Shown: positions 41,851-56,948 of the stretch, one piece after another
How positions within the stretch are numbered: position 1 is the stretch's first letter
Layout of the letters: every line of letters begins with the position of its first letter
Assembly: GCA_951406725.2 (NCBI GenBank)
Contig: OX597828.1
Location: forward strand, 22,940,001-23,004,000
Direction of reading: 5' to 3'
Source of the DNA: Octopus vulgaris
Taxonomy: Eukaryota
DNA length: 64,000 nucleotides
Notes under the pieces: model-generated
Told to the model about the DNA's origin: nothing
The model's database searches: none
The model's input: the letters and a program-made list of their open reading frames with translations, nothing else
Made by a program: the position numbers and the translations under genes

Positions 41851-43227
41851 ACATATCTATCTATATATATGTGTGTGTGTGTAAATGTGTAGCATCTGCT
41901 ATTTTCTTATGATTTTATTTTTGCGGTTTTGTTCATTAAATCTCATTCAGACTCATACTTTCTCTCAACTCCTCCCTCTCTCTCCCTTTGTCTACCTCCC
42001 TCCCTCTCCATCGCTCCAACCCCCCTCTCTCATGCTTTACTCTCACCATTTTTTTTCTTCTCGTTTTGGTTTCTTTTCCGACATTTTCTTTGTTGCTGTT
42101 TCTCTCTCTTCATCAATTTTCCTCGCTTTGTTCCTCTTTTTCTCTTACTTCTTCTCTCTCCTCTCCCTCTCTCTCTCTTTCTTTTGCTGCTAGTGTTATT
42201 TTTCTTTCTTCTTCATCACCTTTACCGTTCTCCGTCAGAATATCAATGCCTCTTTTCACACACCTTTAACACATTGCAGAAGCAATACTCACACAAACAC
42301 GCAATCATTTAGACGCAAATACACACACACACACACAAGCATACACATATACATCCACAAACACACTCATACACGCTACTCGCTACACTTTTACACGTGT
42401 ACTCCTTCATTAACACAATACCACCCGATGTGCAGTGTATTCGTTAATCTGTGTTCATTGTGTACATCAACAGAAGACACGTTATTCTCGCTGGGACCTC
42501 TATTGGTCGAAAATTTAAATAAAACTTTGAAAGCCGAACGTTCTCTGAATGAGTTTAAGTATCGATTCTCTCTTGAAAAACCAAGCGAAAAATAAAATCA
42601 ACAAGAAAAAACACTCAAACGTTGCTGTCTAGAACAGCAACGCCAGTGTATTCATTGTGTTTCAAATCTCTATAGCCGGCTCTGTAGCTCTCTGGTGAAG
42701 TCAGTGACTTAGAAACTAGCTACGATTATGGTTGCACTACGTTAACTGTGATATTGGTGACTCTCTAACATAATACGCGTTTCTATTTATTGGTCTGTTG
42801 TAGTTTTTCAAAGAGGTTTGTTTTGAAATTATAGTAAATTGTGTATCAGAAATCTCTAAGGAATAGTCCAATCAAAATATATCTTAATTTCTTGTAGTGC
42901 TTTGACTATTAAATAGTCTCTTTTATTTCTTTTTTTTTTATAGCTCTCTTTATTTTCTCTTATACATTCCATCAACGAAACGGCAGAGCAGATTGCAAGA
43001 TGATTTTGAAAACAAAAAAAAAAAGAATGGTGCTTAACCGAAGCGGCGGGGTTGGGGTTTCAAAGTGTGATTTGAGCGGATCAACTGGCTGAAGATTTCT
43101 GCTGTTGACAGAGGTCTTATACACGAGAAAAAACCCACTCATTCTGGATCATTCGTGAGACAACCTGGGATCCTCTTGGAAACACACATACACACACACT
43201 TATAATATATATGTATGTATATGTATT

Positions 43228-43388
43228 GTAGGAGTGGCTGTGTGGTAAGTAGCTTGCTTACCAACCACATGGGTTCAGTTCCACTGCGTGGCAACTTGAG
43301 CAAGTGTCTTCTACTAGAATCTCGGGCCGACCAAAGCCTTGTGAGTGGATTTGGTAGACGGAAACTGAAAGAAGACAGTCGTATATGC

Positions 43389-43423
<35 letters not shown>

Positions 43424-43637
43424 TGTGTGTGTATGTGTTTGTCCCCCCCCCTACCTCGCTTGACAACCGATGCTTGTGTGTTTACGTCCCCGTAACCTAG
43501 CGGTTCGGAAAAAGTGACCTTATAGAATAAGTACTAGGCTTACAAAGAATAATTCCTGGGGTCGATTCGCTCGACTAAAGGCGGTGCTTCAGCATGGCCA
43601 CAGTCAAATATCTGAAACAAGTGAAAAAGTAAAAGAG
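43228..43637 (+). mobile_element. SINE family B copy
   Basis: 'ggagtggctgtgtggtaagtagcttgc' through 'cagcatggccacagtcaaatatctgaaacaagtgaaaaagtaaaagag'. Confidence 0.93.
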
Positions 43638-43671
43638 TATATTTATGTATTTATGTTTGTATATATGTGTG

Positions 43672-43675
<4 letters not shown>

Positions 43676-43705
<30 letters not shown>

Positions 43706-43707
43706 TG

Positions 43708-43738
<31 letters not shown>

Positions 43739-43799
43739 GTATGTATGTAAGTATGTATGTATGTATGTATGTATGTATGTATGTATGTATGTATGTATG
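43676..43799. repeat. (TATG)n
   Basis: Direct reading. Confidence 0.95.
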
Positions 43800-44540
43800 C
43801 AAAGCAAAACGCTCGAAAGTCCATCCAGCCTCACACAACCGGTTTCCTGGATCCTTGGGCTCATATGTTACTCTTGAAAGGATTAGTCATTTTCGCCATT
43901 TCAGTGGACTGGAGTAACACGGATAGAACTAATTTATGTTAAGAACGCTAGTCCTGACGCGGTCTAGAAATTGAAAGCAGGATTTTGCGTTTTTATGAAA
44001 GCACAACCACAACCACTAATGCACGTTCCCCTTACATGTATCAAAATGTACTACTTACATCTCGATTCTTTAAAATATAGAGCTAAATCTCACCGTGGTT
44101 CCTATTATTAATTTTTTTACAGACATGAATATAGTTAAACGGGTACAAACAATTCCCACGCGTTCTCTTCTAAAACGTGGTCTAGTTTGCTGGAAATAGG
44201 ATGCAAATCTCGACCTTAAATAGAGCGTCATAGACGATAAAGAAAAAGAAGAAATATAAGTGACATTATGCATTATATAGTTTTGAGGTCACCGCATCAG
44301 GGGAAGAATATGGGTTAGTCATATTTAGAAGGAATGTAACTGGGGTTACATTTACTCGGTCAAGGCTATCCTTGTACTAAACAACAACAAAAACACAAGT
44401 GTGAGACACGTGATACTATGTAATAGACACTAGTTTCTACAAATACAAAAACAAACAACCAATAACGTAAACTTCTAACCTCTAGTAATCATATTATATC
44501 ATGGAGCCAACAATCTGTATAAAATCTGTATATAATATAT

Positions 44541-44693
44541 AGGCGTAAGAGTGGCTGTGTGGTAAGTAGCTTGCTTACCAGCCTCATGGTTCCGGGTGCA
44601 ATCCCACCTTGGGAAAATGTCTTCTATTATAGCCGCAGGCCAACCAAAGCCTTGTGAGTGGATTCGGTAGAAGAAAATTGAAAGGAGCCCGTC

Positions 44694-44781
<88 letters not shown>

Positions 44782-44962
44782 TTGTGCGTCTGTGTTTGTC
44801 ATCCAACATCGCTTGACAACCAATGCTGGTGTGTTTACTTTCCCGTAACCTAGCGGTTCGGCAAAACAGACCGATAGAAAAAGTACTAGGCTTACAAAGG
44901 ATAAGTCCTGGGGTCGATTTGCTCGACTAAAGACGGTAAAAACAAGTAAAAGAGTAAAAGAG
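44541..44962 (+). mobile_element. SINE family B copy
   Basis: 'aggcgtaagagtggctgtgtggtaag' through 'aacaagtaaaagagtaaaagag'; internal (TA)n(TG)n. Confidence 0.93.
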
Positions 44963-45446
44963 AGAGTAAGAGAATACAAATGGCGCCTATTCGAAAATTG
45001 CGGTCATTATGTATTGAGTTTTTCAATCAATTCAATATCAGTTTAGCCTAATTGCTGTTATAAGCCATGGACATGTATATTCTGTGACACGATGTCAGAT
45101 CATTAAAATAGGGATATACTCCATCCGAAGGGCTTCTGTCCATTTCCCGTCAACCAGATTACATTCATACGATATAGGTTGATGTGAAGTAATTGGAAAT
45201 CTCGCTTGCCTCGAAGGTGACGAGAGCGCAATCGAAACGTGTAAGTCAATACGGTGAAGCATAATTCTTAACCATAATAATAGTATCGAGTTTTGGCGAA
45301 ATTTCAGGAGAAATTTAGCAGATAGGAACGAGTCGATTAGACCGACTCCCGTACACACAGGTTTTTATTTTACCAACTCCGAAAGAATGAACAGCCTACT
45401 CAACGTCGGCGGAATTTCGAACTCAGAATGTATTTTTTTAATCGTT

Positions 45447-45810
45447 TATATGTTTCAGCCATTTGACAGGGGCAATGCTGGAGCACCGCCTGTAGTCGAA
45501 AAAATCGGCCCCGGGATTTATCCTTTGTAATCCTACTACTTATTCTACCCGTTTCGTTTGACGAACCGTTAAGTTACGGGGACGTTAACACACCAATGTC
45601 GGTTATCAAACGATGGTGGGGGTACAAACACATACACACATGCATACACACACACACATATATACGACAGGTTTCTTTCAGTTTCTGTCTATCAAATCCA
45701 CTCACAAGTATTTGGTCTGCCCGAGGCTATGTCAGAAGACACTTACCCAGGTTCAGTGGGACTGAACCCGGAACCATGTGTTTGGTAAGCACAGTTACTC
45801 CTGCGCCTAT
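45447..45810 (-). mobile_element. SINE family B copy
   Basis: 'tgtttcagccatttgac..atgctggagcaccgcc' through 'actcctgcgcctat'. Confidence 0.9.
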
Positions 45811-46864
45811 GATAGATTCTTAATCTTAATACATAAAATTATATCACTGGAGTCATTGCAAGGATATTAAACCGGATGTATTGCGCTCTCTTCCCGGCTG
45901 TTTGCGTTCTGAGTTCAAACTTCGGTATGATCCACGATTTCACTGCAAAATTTACCATTTAGGACGTTACCCGGTTTCATAATGCACCCTGGTACCTAAA
46001 GATCCTTCAGCTGTGGTTTTCTGTCGTTAGCACTGGGCTACACCTCCGATTGAATATATTCCTCGCCATCTCCGTCCTGCCTGACAAGCTCTGTAACTGT
46101 TTATGGCCATATGTTTCTCACCAGAATATAGATTTTAATAAATACAACAAAAGTACAACTTTCTTTAAAGGATCGATGATTCAATAGACCCTTATTAAAT
46201 GAATGTGTTGTTCCTTGAAGTTGATATTTCATGGGGTAAATAAAATTAGTGTATTTTGATAACATGTACGAATACAAGTGTGACAGGGAAGATTGCGGAT
46301 ATTTGGAGTTTTAACTCATGGGATGTGGAGTGCAGCTATCATATGTTGACGTTATAGATGAGTACAACATGAGTACATCACGATCAAAAAATATATTTCA
46401 GCCGTGACCTTAATCCAGTAAAAGTTTTTAAGAAGTTAAAATTGAATTTAAGGGAAATTCCATAGCTGTTTCAAGCAAGTCCTCCTCTGTCTAAATCATT
46501 ACCGACGAAAGCTTTCTCCAAAATATTCATTCAAAGAGTTATATCTCCGCGCCTAGTCACACGCGTACCGCGTGAATATGTGCGGTCCTGGTTTAGTGAG
46601 CGCCTACGTGTGTGTGTTTGTGTGTGTGTGCGTGTTTGTATGTGGGTATGTGTTTGTGGAACATTATGAGCCTGGTTGTGTGTGGGCCTGTGTAATTATT
46701 TATGATGGTATTATCAAAGAAATAAGAGAATCGATGTGCGCAAGTCAGCAAAAAGCGGGGAATCATCGATAACAAAGTAAAAAAATAAATAAATTTGTGT
46801 ATGTTGGATATAATTAAACACACGTTAACAATACACGTATTAAGAAAAAACACATTAACACAAT

Positions 46865-46972
<108 letters not shown>

Positions 46973-47493
46973 ACACACACACACACACATACATATATAT
47001 TTCTATGTATTTATCTGTATATAAACGCCCGAACGCAAGCGCGCATACAAAGTCGTATGTTGACATAATATTATATTATAAAAGCCAACACGTCTATTAT
47101 GAAATGTATACTTATACACATTGATACATATATACATGCACACAGACCCCAATACGAACCCACACAAATACATGTATGTATGTACACTTAGATGTGTAAG
47201 TACAGATATCTACGTATACGCACGTATATATGTATGTTTGAATGTATATATATATGTATATGGTAGTGTATGTGAGTGTTTTGAAAAATATTGTATATAA
47301 GCCGGTGTTGTATATTGTGTTGCAAGTAGAACAATGGTTACAGAGATAACAGTTATATTATAATGGAGTGTTAAATTAGATTGTGGATAATAGTTTTCTA
47401 TACAATACTTCACAGATATCTGTCCATCAGTATATCTGATACTATGTTTTTATTATCCCATTAATGTGTGCGTGTGCAAATACATACACACAC

Positions 47494-47548
<55 letters not shown>

Positions 47549-47789
47549 AATTACATATATATAATTACATATATATATACACACAAAGACAAACACATAC
47601 TCATTCTTATATGAATATAATTTATACATATGTATTTATATATATATATGTATGTATATAGTTATATAAGTATATGTATGTATATGTTTATGTATCATGT
47701 ATGTATTTAAGGATATAGAAATATCGATATATAAATATATCGATGGATGTAGTTGCGTGTGTAAGTATATATATATATATATGTAAATA

Positions 47790-47844
<55 letters not shown>

Positions 47845-47845
47845 G

Positions 47846-47910
<65 letters not shown>

Positions 47911-49630
47911 AGGTATATCTATGTATATATAACATACACATATGTGTGTGTGTATTATGTTTGTTTGTAGGTCTGTTTTGCTTATATGTGTGTTTCATTT
48001 TTATAAATGTGTGCGTGTTTGTTGGTTGTGGGGGGGGGTGCATACAAAAGATAAGCAGTCATATAATATTCTTTTCATTTTTAAGATGCTTAGTCATTTA
48101 ACTATATTTGATCTTTGTTAGAAATAAATACAAGAACTCACAACTATGAACTATAAACAATAACTTGAAACTCTTGTGAAAACATCGTTTCAACGCTTTA
48201 GTCTATATATACGTATTGCAGAACATAAACTAAATGACAGTATCAAGTATCAACGACTGCTTCAGAAAACCATTTAGTTATATATGGCACCAAATTGACA
48301 TTATCACGCCAAGTGTTATTATATTATAATATATACTTGTTTGAAAAAATATATATATACAAAGCTTTGTGTTTCATCCATTGGTAGTGCAAATGAACTA
48401 GATTATCTCCCTTTATTTCAAGTATTTATTTCTTTGGTTTATATAAGCATTTTTTGTGAACAAAAATGCGATACGATTATATTGCGTAGAGGTCATCGTT
48501 AGACAGGATTAGTAACAGAAATGCACCAGAGAAAATTATTGTTTTCTTTCTTTAAAGCATAAAGCGACCTGTAATTTGCCAGTATTATGTTATCACAAGT
48601 ATCATTTTTACTACTAAGATCCTGCGAGTTTCGCATTTGATTGTGCTTTGTACATTTAATTCTGATCTGTCCAGTAGAATATATATATGTAGCGTTTAAC
48701 CAACTACAGGAAACATATATGTGTTTAACCTGTATTTAGAACAATTCCATTGACAAACGAAGTTTAGGAGGTACTGAAGCCATGAACTACTGCGAGAGTA
48801 TCAGCAAACGAGAACTGTCTTTTAACACATAATATGCCAATGCTTAAAAAGCTAGCATTCCTTAATGCTTAGAAAACTAAGAATCTAGAATACACTGATT
48901 TGCACAAATGATGCCTTTTTAACATTATGTTCGTTTCGTGAGTGAGAATCCCCTTGCAGACGATACCGCACTACATTACAGTTGCTGTACTCTGATTGGC
49001 GCAAATAACGTTATTGGTTGATTGTACGGCATTGTCCGTCACAGTGTACCATCTTCTACATTCCACGAAGATTCTACAGAGATACGATCTCTGAGGTATT
49101 CACCTTAGATCTTAGCATTGTAGCCGTTCGGCTATAGCTACAAGGTATGACCTCTGGTCTACATGTTTGTCTATCTGTTTGTCTGCCTACCTATGTGTTT
49201 CCCCACTCTCTCTCTCCTCTTTCTTTCTGCCTTTCGCTCAATTTTTTTCAATCTTAGAATTACGGAACAAAACTCTTACAATTACAATTCCATGTAGCGA
49301 ACAAAAGATAACATTTCTTTTCTGCTGCTAATGTCAGTAGGATCGTTAGCTTCAAAAGCGAAATTCGATTTCTTTGGCTCACTAAAAATACGATGCGTTT
49401 TTCTAACAACATCTTTATCTGGATTATTCTGTTTACCAATAGTATTATACTAAATAGAAAGTTTGCTAGTTCCTTTTTCAACTTCATCATCATTCATTGT
49501 TCTACCAATCGAATGCCAGATATGTGGGCAAAACTAGCGCAGAACAAGCTTTAGAAGTACAGACTTTTACTGGTGATGCGTTGAATTTTTCACACTCGTG
49601 TGCATCTATCCATCCATCCATCCGTCTATC

Positions 49631-49781
<151 letters not shown>

Positions 49782-50714
49782 CGTATATGTGCGTACACAT
49801 ATGCAAACATATATAAATATACACATATATGTATGTATATATATGTATATATATATATATATATATATACATATATATATAAATATATATATATACATAT
49901 ATTTATATATATATATATATATACCTGCATATGTGTATATGGATATATACCTCTACGTATACAATTATAAACATACATATACGTATATACGTATATAGAG
50001 TATATTCGTGTGTGTGTGTGTATACATATATTCATATACATATACACTTATGAAACTACATATGCATACATAAAGTTAATATATATATATATATATATAT
50101 ATATCATACATAGTATACATGCATACACACATATATAGTTATATACAAATGAATATATATGAATACTATATATATATATATATATATATAAACATACATA
50201 CAAACATACACAGGTATATCATTTAAGCTGAACTTTAACTCGCATAGTGCAGTGTTCTTGCGCTTGTTTTATTTTTATCTACAAATTACTGGAATTATAT
50301 TTTATTTGTCCACTTTTGAGGTTTGACTAACCTTTGGAAAGTGCTGTTTTTTTTTTCTCTAGAATTGTATGTGTAGAACTTAAATGCCTCTTTAGCATTT
50401 ATCAGGAAGCACCGATTCTTTACGAAACGCCAGGATTGCTTCTCCACTACAACGATATTTTCGACACTAAAACAAGAAAATAAAGTGAAAAAGACTAGAA
50501 CTGCAACAATGAGAATAGATAATTCATCACATATTCTTAGGTAGCCAATAGTCTTGTTTGATTTTATTCGGCTTTGGTGTCCTTAGAACGTCATATTGAT
50601 TCCATGCTATGCTTCACAATATATCTTTTGTTGTTTTCGCTTGTTTCTTTTTCTTCCGTGGTGGCCATTACAGTTGTTGACTTGGCTGTTGTCGGTCTTC
50701 TCGCTGGTAGTATT

Positions 50715-50800
50715 TCTGTTCTAGCCGTTGTCTTTGGCTCCAGGTCAACTCCGATCGAAAAGACCTATGATCAAAGGCGTTCCTTTTATGACCAGGCCAT
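50715..50800 (-). mobile_element. Family C repeat tail fragment (related pieces near 13540, 44340, 54380, 55495, 61420 and 62785)
   Basis: 'ggctccaggtcaactccgatcgaaaagacctatgatcaaaggcgttcc' vs 'tagccccagatc..ctgatcgagcagacttataat'; 'gaagtagcag..cccaaatcac' block recurs. Confidence 0.55.
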
Positions 50801-51401
50801 CTATTAAGCTACATTCATTGCTACATTATCTGATGTCTCCTTTTCTATCTTAAGATACAATATTTACCAGCTACTTCAAGCAGGTTTTTGCGACCACATT
50901 GGAGAACACTTGTTTACTTGGGGGAAATTTTTTCTTGTGTCTTCCATTTTTCTTTCTTTATCTCTTCTATTTTTTCTGGCACGACGCAAAACACGAAGCA
51001 TTTGGCGTTATTCCATTGCATTCAGGTACAGAAGAATACTGAAAGTTACTTTATTCTTGAGACACCTTAGGATACTTTTATCCGATAATATAACAAAATG
51101 TTAAATGAAATAAATTACTTAAAGGCCAAACCACATTTTATGCACGTTAGCTTTATTGTTTCATATAAACATATATATATATATATAAACACATATGTGT
51201 GTAATCTCTCTATGGATTACACATATTGTTATACCTAGTCTTTACAATTGAAATACACCCTTGGAAACAATAAATATATATACTCATCTGACTTGATGCG
51301 AAATAAAATTGATGCCGTGTTTACAGTGCGGTGCGTGTTGGAAATAATACAACAAAAATGTCACCTCACAGCTGCAATGAATCATACCGAATACAGCAGC
51401 G

Positions 51402-51448
<47 letters not shown>

Positions 51449-51564
51449 TTTTCAAAAAATGAACCCCATTTAGCGTTATACATATGCAATGTATATGCAT
51501 ACACACACATACACACAGATAGATGCATACACACACATTATATGCATACACACACATACACACA

Positions 51565-51572
51565 GATAGATG

Positions 51573-51618
<46 letters not shown>

Positions 51619-51844
51619 CAGAAAGTATGTAGGTAAGTAGGTAGATAGGTAGGTAGGTAAGTAGGTAGGTAGATAGGTAGGTAGGTAGGTAGGTAGGTAG
51701 GTAGGTAGGTAGGTAGGTGAACGGACAGACGAAGAGACAGACAGAGAGGCAGGTAGGCAGACAGACACGCAGATAGATAGATAAACAGAAAGACACATAA
51801 ATAGATAGACAGATAGACAGACAGACAAATAGATATATATATAT

Positions 51845-51877
<33 letters not shown>

Positions 51878-51911
51878 CAGACAGACGGACGGACGGACGG
51901 ACGGACGGACG

Positions 51912-51951
<40 letters not shown>

Positions 51952-51970
51952 GGCAGACAGACAGACAGAC

Positions 51971-52042
<72 letters not shown>
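51565..52042. repeat. Compound tetranucleotide array GATA/TAGG/GACA/GACG
   Basis: Direct reading. Confidence 0.97.
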
Positions 52043-52043
<1 letters not shown>

Positions 52044-52409
52044 TTCGAGCGTCCTGAAATGTCCCATGTCTATACGTGTATTATTTCTGAAACTTGTTTG
52101 CAACCAACATAACACCATATACAGATCTTTGAATGAGTCACCCGATACTGGCTGGGGATTCAAATTGGACGGAACACAGCACACATATCATTACCGTAAA
52201 CGTACAAATTGAAGATTTGATTAAAATTCGCGCAATCAAGAGATATACAGTGATGCATCTCATTTCAGGTGTTCTAAGTTTCGTTTAATGAGTATCGGTA
52301 GAAGTTGTTAGAAAATGGATCTCAGCCAAAGTGCAGCGGTTATGCTGAAGTATGATCCCAAGCTTCAGTTCGCCTTAGGACGTATTCATTCATTTTGTGA
52401 GCAGTGAAG

Positions 52410-52655
52410 GCGTGTAGCACTCTCAATCGCTGGACTGTGGGTTCGATTCACTGAATGGGCGACGCATTGTTTTCTTGACCAAAACACTCCATTTCGCGTT
52501 GCTCCAGACCCCTTTTCATCAGGGTGGAGGAAAGATGGCCTGTTCGCTTAGCTAGCGGGATGGCGTCATTTAAAGGCTAAAACAATGCAAAATCACATTG
52601 TGACCAGCGATGTGTAACAGCATCTGATAGCCTGTCTGGTCACATGCTCACATGA
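52410..52655 (+). mobile_element. SINE family D-related copy with a different 3' tail
   Basis: 'gtgggttcgattc..ttgttttcttgaccaaaacactccatttcgcgttgctccag' matches the D head and core; the tail differs. Confidence 0.65.
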
Positions 52656-53388
52656 TGGAAAGTTATGTTAGTAGTAACTTAGTGGAGAAAATATTTATTA
52701 GGCTCAACTAGAAATAGTTATACGGCGAGAACAAAATAATGTTGGTTAGTGACTAAAACGATTTTAATTACCTTGGCACTTACAGTACTTGACGAAAGAA
52801 TGTAACTAATTTTAGTAATTCACAAATATTTCATTAATATTGATTGTCCACACCACACAATTAATATTGGTTAACAGTTTTAATTTTAGCTGCATTAAAT
52901 ATTTTATCACAAACTTAACTGTTTTGTTTTCATACAGATGATGTCTCGCTCCGCTATTTTTATTGTATCATTACATTACTTTAACCTGTAACTATTAATT
53001 TATATATTTTTTTTTTTACTGAAATCATTTAAAGTAATACAAGCAATTATTATTTAAAAAGAAGTCAGTTATGGAAATTCTCTTTCAATTAGTCTTTTCT
53101 TTTATATTAGCGTCCGTCATACTTCGAAAAAGTTCCAGATCTAGTTGTCGTCGTGTTGCGCTTCTTAATGTCGGATAAACACAGCCCCAGAGCGGCGTGT
53201 TGGTCGACACAGGGCCAGAGTAAAAGAGACTAAACTAAGGGGTTACGTAGTAGTGACAGACCTCGTAAACACATGGTTCCGAAACATTATCACTGACTAC
53301 AGTTTATCAATATCAATATTCTTTCATATTTGACTGCCAAGTAGTTATTCCAATCCCTACGAGAGATAGTGTTCTCTGAGCTATGTTT

Positions 53389-53426
<38 letters not shown>

Positions 53427-53428
<2 letters not shown>

Positions 53429-53612
53429 GGAGTAAGCACATAAGTGTGAAACAAGGTGGAAAAAAGAGTACTCAAATACCAGAACTAGAGAAATATGCTT
53501 TATTGAAAAGCAACACAAGTATCACAAAAACTGTTAGTCAGTGTTTCACGTCCCCGTTCGTCGAATGAACGAGTACGTGATATTAGTGATATTTCTGCTG
53601 CTTTTCAATAAA

Positions 53613-53618
<6 letters not shown>
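53427..53618 (-). mobile_element. Penelope-like terminal remnant with inverted duplication, embedded in (TA)n
   Basis: Arms 'atatgctttattgaaaagcaacacaagtatcac' and 'gtgatatttctgctgcttttcaataaagtatat'; minus strand reads tcGACGA-ACG(ggga)CGT-GAAAC then aataaa. Confidence 0.6.
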
Positions 53619-53649
<31 letters not shown>

Positions 53650-53650
53650 G

Positions 53651-54075
53651 TAGGCACAGGAGTGGCTGCCCTGGTAGGTAGTTTGCTTACTAATCACATG
53701 GCTCCGAGTTCAGTCTCACTACGTGGAACCTTGAGCCAGTGTCTTCTACTATAACCTTGTGAGCACATTTTGTAGACGGAAACCGAAAGAAGCCCGTTGT
53801 ATATGTATACATATACATATATGTGTGTGTTTGTGTGTGTGTGTATGTGTGTGTGCGCGCGCGTGTATATGTTCGTGTATCTGTTTGTTCCCCCAACATC
53901 GCATGATAACATATACTTGTATGTTTATATCCCTACAACTTAGTGGTTCGGCCTAAGGCACCGATAGAATAAGTACTAGGCTTACAAAGAATAAGTCCTA
54001 GGGTAGATTCGCTCGACTAAAGGCGGTGCTCCGTCAAGGCCGCAGTCAAATCACTCAAACAAGTATAAGAGTAAA
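53651..54075 (+). mobile_element. SINE family B copy
   Basis: 'taggcacaggagtggctg' through 'gccgcagtcaaatcactcaaacaagtataagagtaaa'. Confidence 0.92.
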
Positions 54076-54879
54076 CCAGCTTATATTTTTGATGTGAACG
54101 AAAATTTTACGTGTCTGTCGACCAATTACAATATTTCAATCGATATTTTCTAAGTTCGCTATGCCTATAAAATATTTGGCACAGTTAGGTATTGACGGCA
54201 AAATATTAACATTTATATTGTCCAAATTTTCTTTCCCCATCGTCTATCTTCTGCTGTTTGGGTAAATTAGTAATGTCATATTTTTTTAAGGAATGCGGGC
54301 GTTCTACTCATAGGTATTTGTCTATGTTTACGAAACATATTATGCTAATAATATTAATGTACAAAATAGCGATGGCAATGTTATTTAGCCCCAGATCATT
54401 CTGTTGTTGTTAACTTTGTTATTTACTTCTGATCGAGCAGACTTATAATTAAAAATTTTACAATCCTGAATATTGCGACTTATTTTTTAGACATATGGTA
54501 TTTATATCATATATTTTATGATTCGTTTCTTGTTAAATTGTGTCCATTAAAGAAGGCAGTTAGTGATTTCGCGGAATTTTGAGGCTATATCGAATTTGCT
54601 TATCGACTTCACACGCACTTACTTTGATGCACAAGTTAAGCCCTACCACTTCTCTAAGTATTGTGTATTTTCTCCTGAACAAAAAAATTTATAGGCTGTA
54701 ATCAATTTCGATATCTTTAATTACTTCAATCATTCAATGTGGTTGGCTGGTTAAGAAGTTCGCTTTCAGCTTCATGACTCGGCAGCTTGGTTAAGTAATT
54801 TCAAAGACAGCAGCGGACATACCAGTACCTTGTGAGTGAATTTAGTAAACGGAAACACTGTAAATGATCATATATAAAT

Positions 54880-54940
54880 GTGAGTGTGTGTGTGTGTTGT
54901 CTGTGTGTGTGGTGTGTGTAGTGTGTGTGTGTGTATGTGT

Positions 54941-55008
<68 letters not shown>
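54880..55008. repeat. (TG)n
   Basis: Direct reading. Confidence 0.95.
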
Positions 55009-55009
<1 letters not shown>

Positions 55010-56385
55010 GAGTGTCGAGTCATGTCTCCGAAACTGATTTGTATTGTACCTGGAATAACTGTTGGCAGGCAGTAGCCATAACAATAATAGCAGAAAACCG
55101 ACACAATTATCTGCCACAATATTTACCTCCTTTGTTACATAATTATCATTACACTATCATACTAGTCCTTTCAAACTGAGCACCACTAGAAACGCCAACA
55201 CCACAGAAAGCACCGACAGTAACACGAAAACCACATAACAAAACAAACATTACCATCGGGCCCCATTACCTCACATCACACACTGTAGATTATAATTCTG
55301 GATTCATTTAACATTGAGTAAAAGCTGAGATGGTTAATACTGGAATGTCTTTTCTCAGAAGTTTTCTGGATTGCGTGGGATTTTGTGATAAGCAATATCA
55401 AAAATATAAATAATTAGGTCACCCACCAATCACGTTAACACTTCCAGCATCATAAAGATTCCAGAGTGGGAGCTTTTGTATATTGATTAGATTGGCTAGA
55501 ATTAACAGCCAACTCCTCTGTAAATCTTTCGTTGCCCTTTTAGGAAAAGAACAAATGCTATGTGTTTATGTCTTCCTCGTATGTTGGATGTACTTGGCTG
55601 TACTTGGCTAGAATGTATCTGATCGTAGAATTACACGATCAGTATTAAAATGGAGCTTATATACAACAAACCACAAGTCAGCTTCATCTGCATCATCATC
55701 TTTAGTACGATCCCCCGACTCAACAGCCACCACCATCATGATCATCATCGTCATTATGATCAACACAATTCAACACCACCAACACCAATAACATTACTGT
55801 CAGCATCATCACTGTCCTAAACAAAATTCACCAGGACCACAACCAACAACAACAATAACAACAACAAAACAACAATGTAACCATCAACATCATCATCATT
55901 GTCATCACCTTCAACACAAAGCTAAATCGCAATCACCACAAATACCGCCGACAACATCAACAACAACAACGACAACCAGCACAGCAACCACCACCATAAC
56001 CATTTGAGACCACTATAACATTAATATGGTGTGTTAGCTGGCAGGCAAAACTAATGACAAAATAATTCATGTATTGATAGGTAAAAATTGAAATCTCAAG
56101 AAACTACGAAATTATCAAGTAATTATGTGTTTCATTGTATGTCTGCTGCTGTAAAGTTTATTTGGTCGACAACACGCCATCGTCAACGCCACCGACATCG
56201 CCAATGACGTCGTAACATATTTGGTCTGTTGTACTTGTGGTTGGTTGGTCGTTTCGTTGTATACAGGAGGCGTTGCGTATGACGTTCTGTGTAAGCATAT
56301 GTATGCGCGTCTGTAAGTAAATACATATGTCTTTGCGCAAGTGTGTGTGGTGTGTGTGTGTGTGTATATATGTAGGGAAATACTG

Positions 56386-56560
<175 letters not shown>

Positions 56561-56917
56561 ACAACGTACATATTCGCGTGTGTGTGTGTTTCTATGTGTT
56601 TGTGCGTATCTCACACACTCATCTACCTTAGTATGTTTTGAGAAACAAAACAAATTTAGGTGAAACACTTTAAATATACGGAACGTTTGGCGAGTTAAAG
56701 TGCCACAAATATTTCGAAGCTATATAAGTACATGTAAATATATTCTGCGAACATATACTTGTAGACTAAGATATATATATATATATACACATACATACAC
56801 ATATTGCTGAAAGTATAATGATATTTAAAGGCAGTAGTGACAATAGCCAGTAATCTCTTATGGAAAACATATTGGTTGGGATCACGTAATATATACATAC
56901 ATATATATATATATATC

Positions 56918-56948
<31 letters not shown>

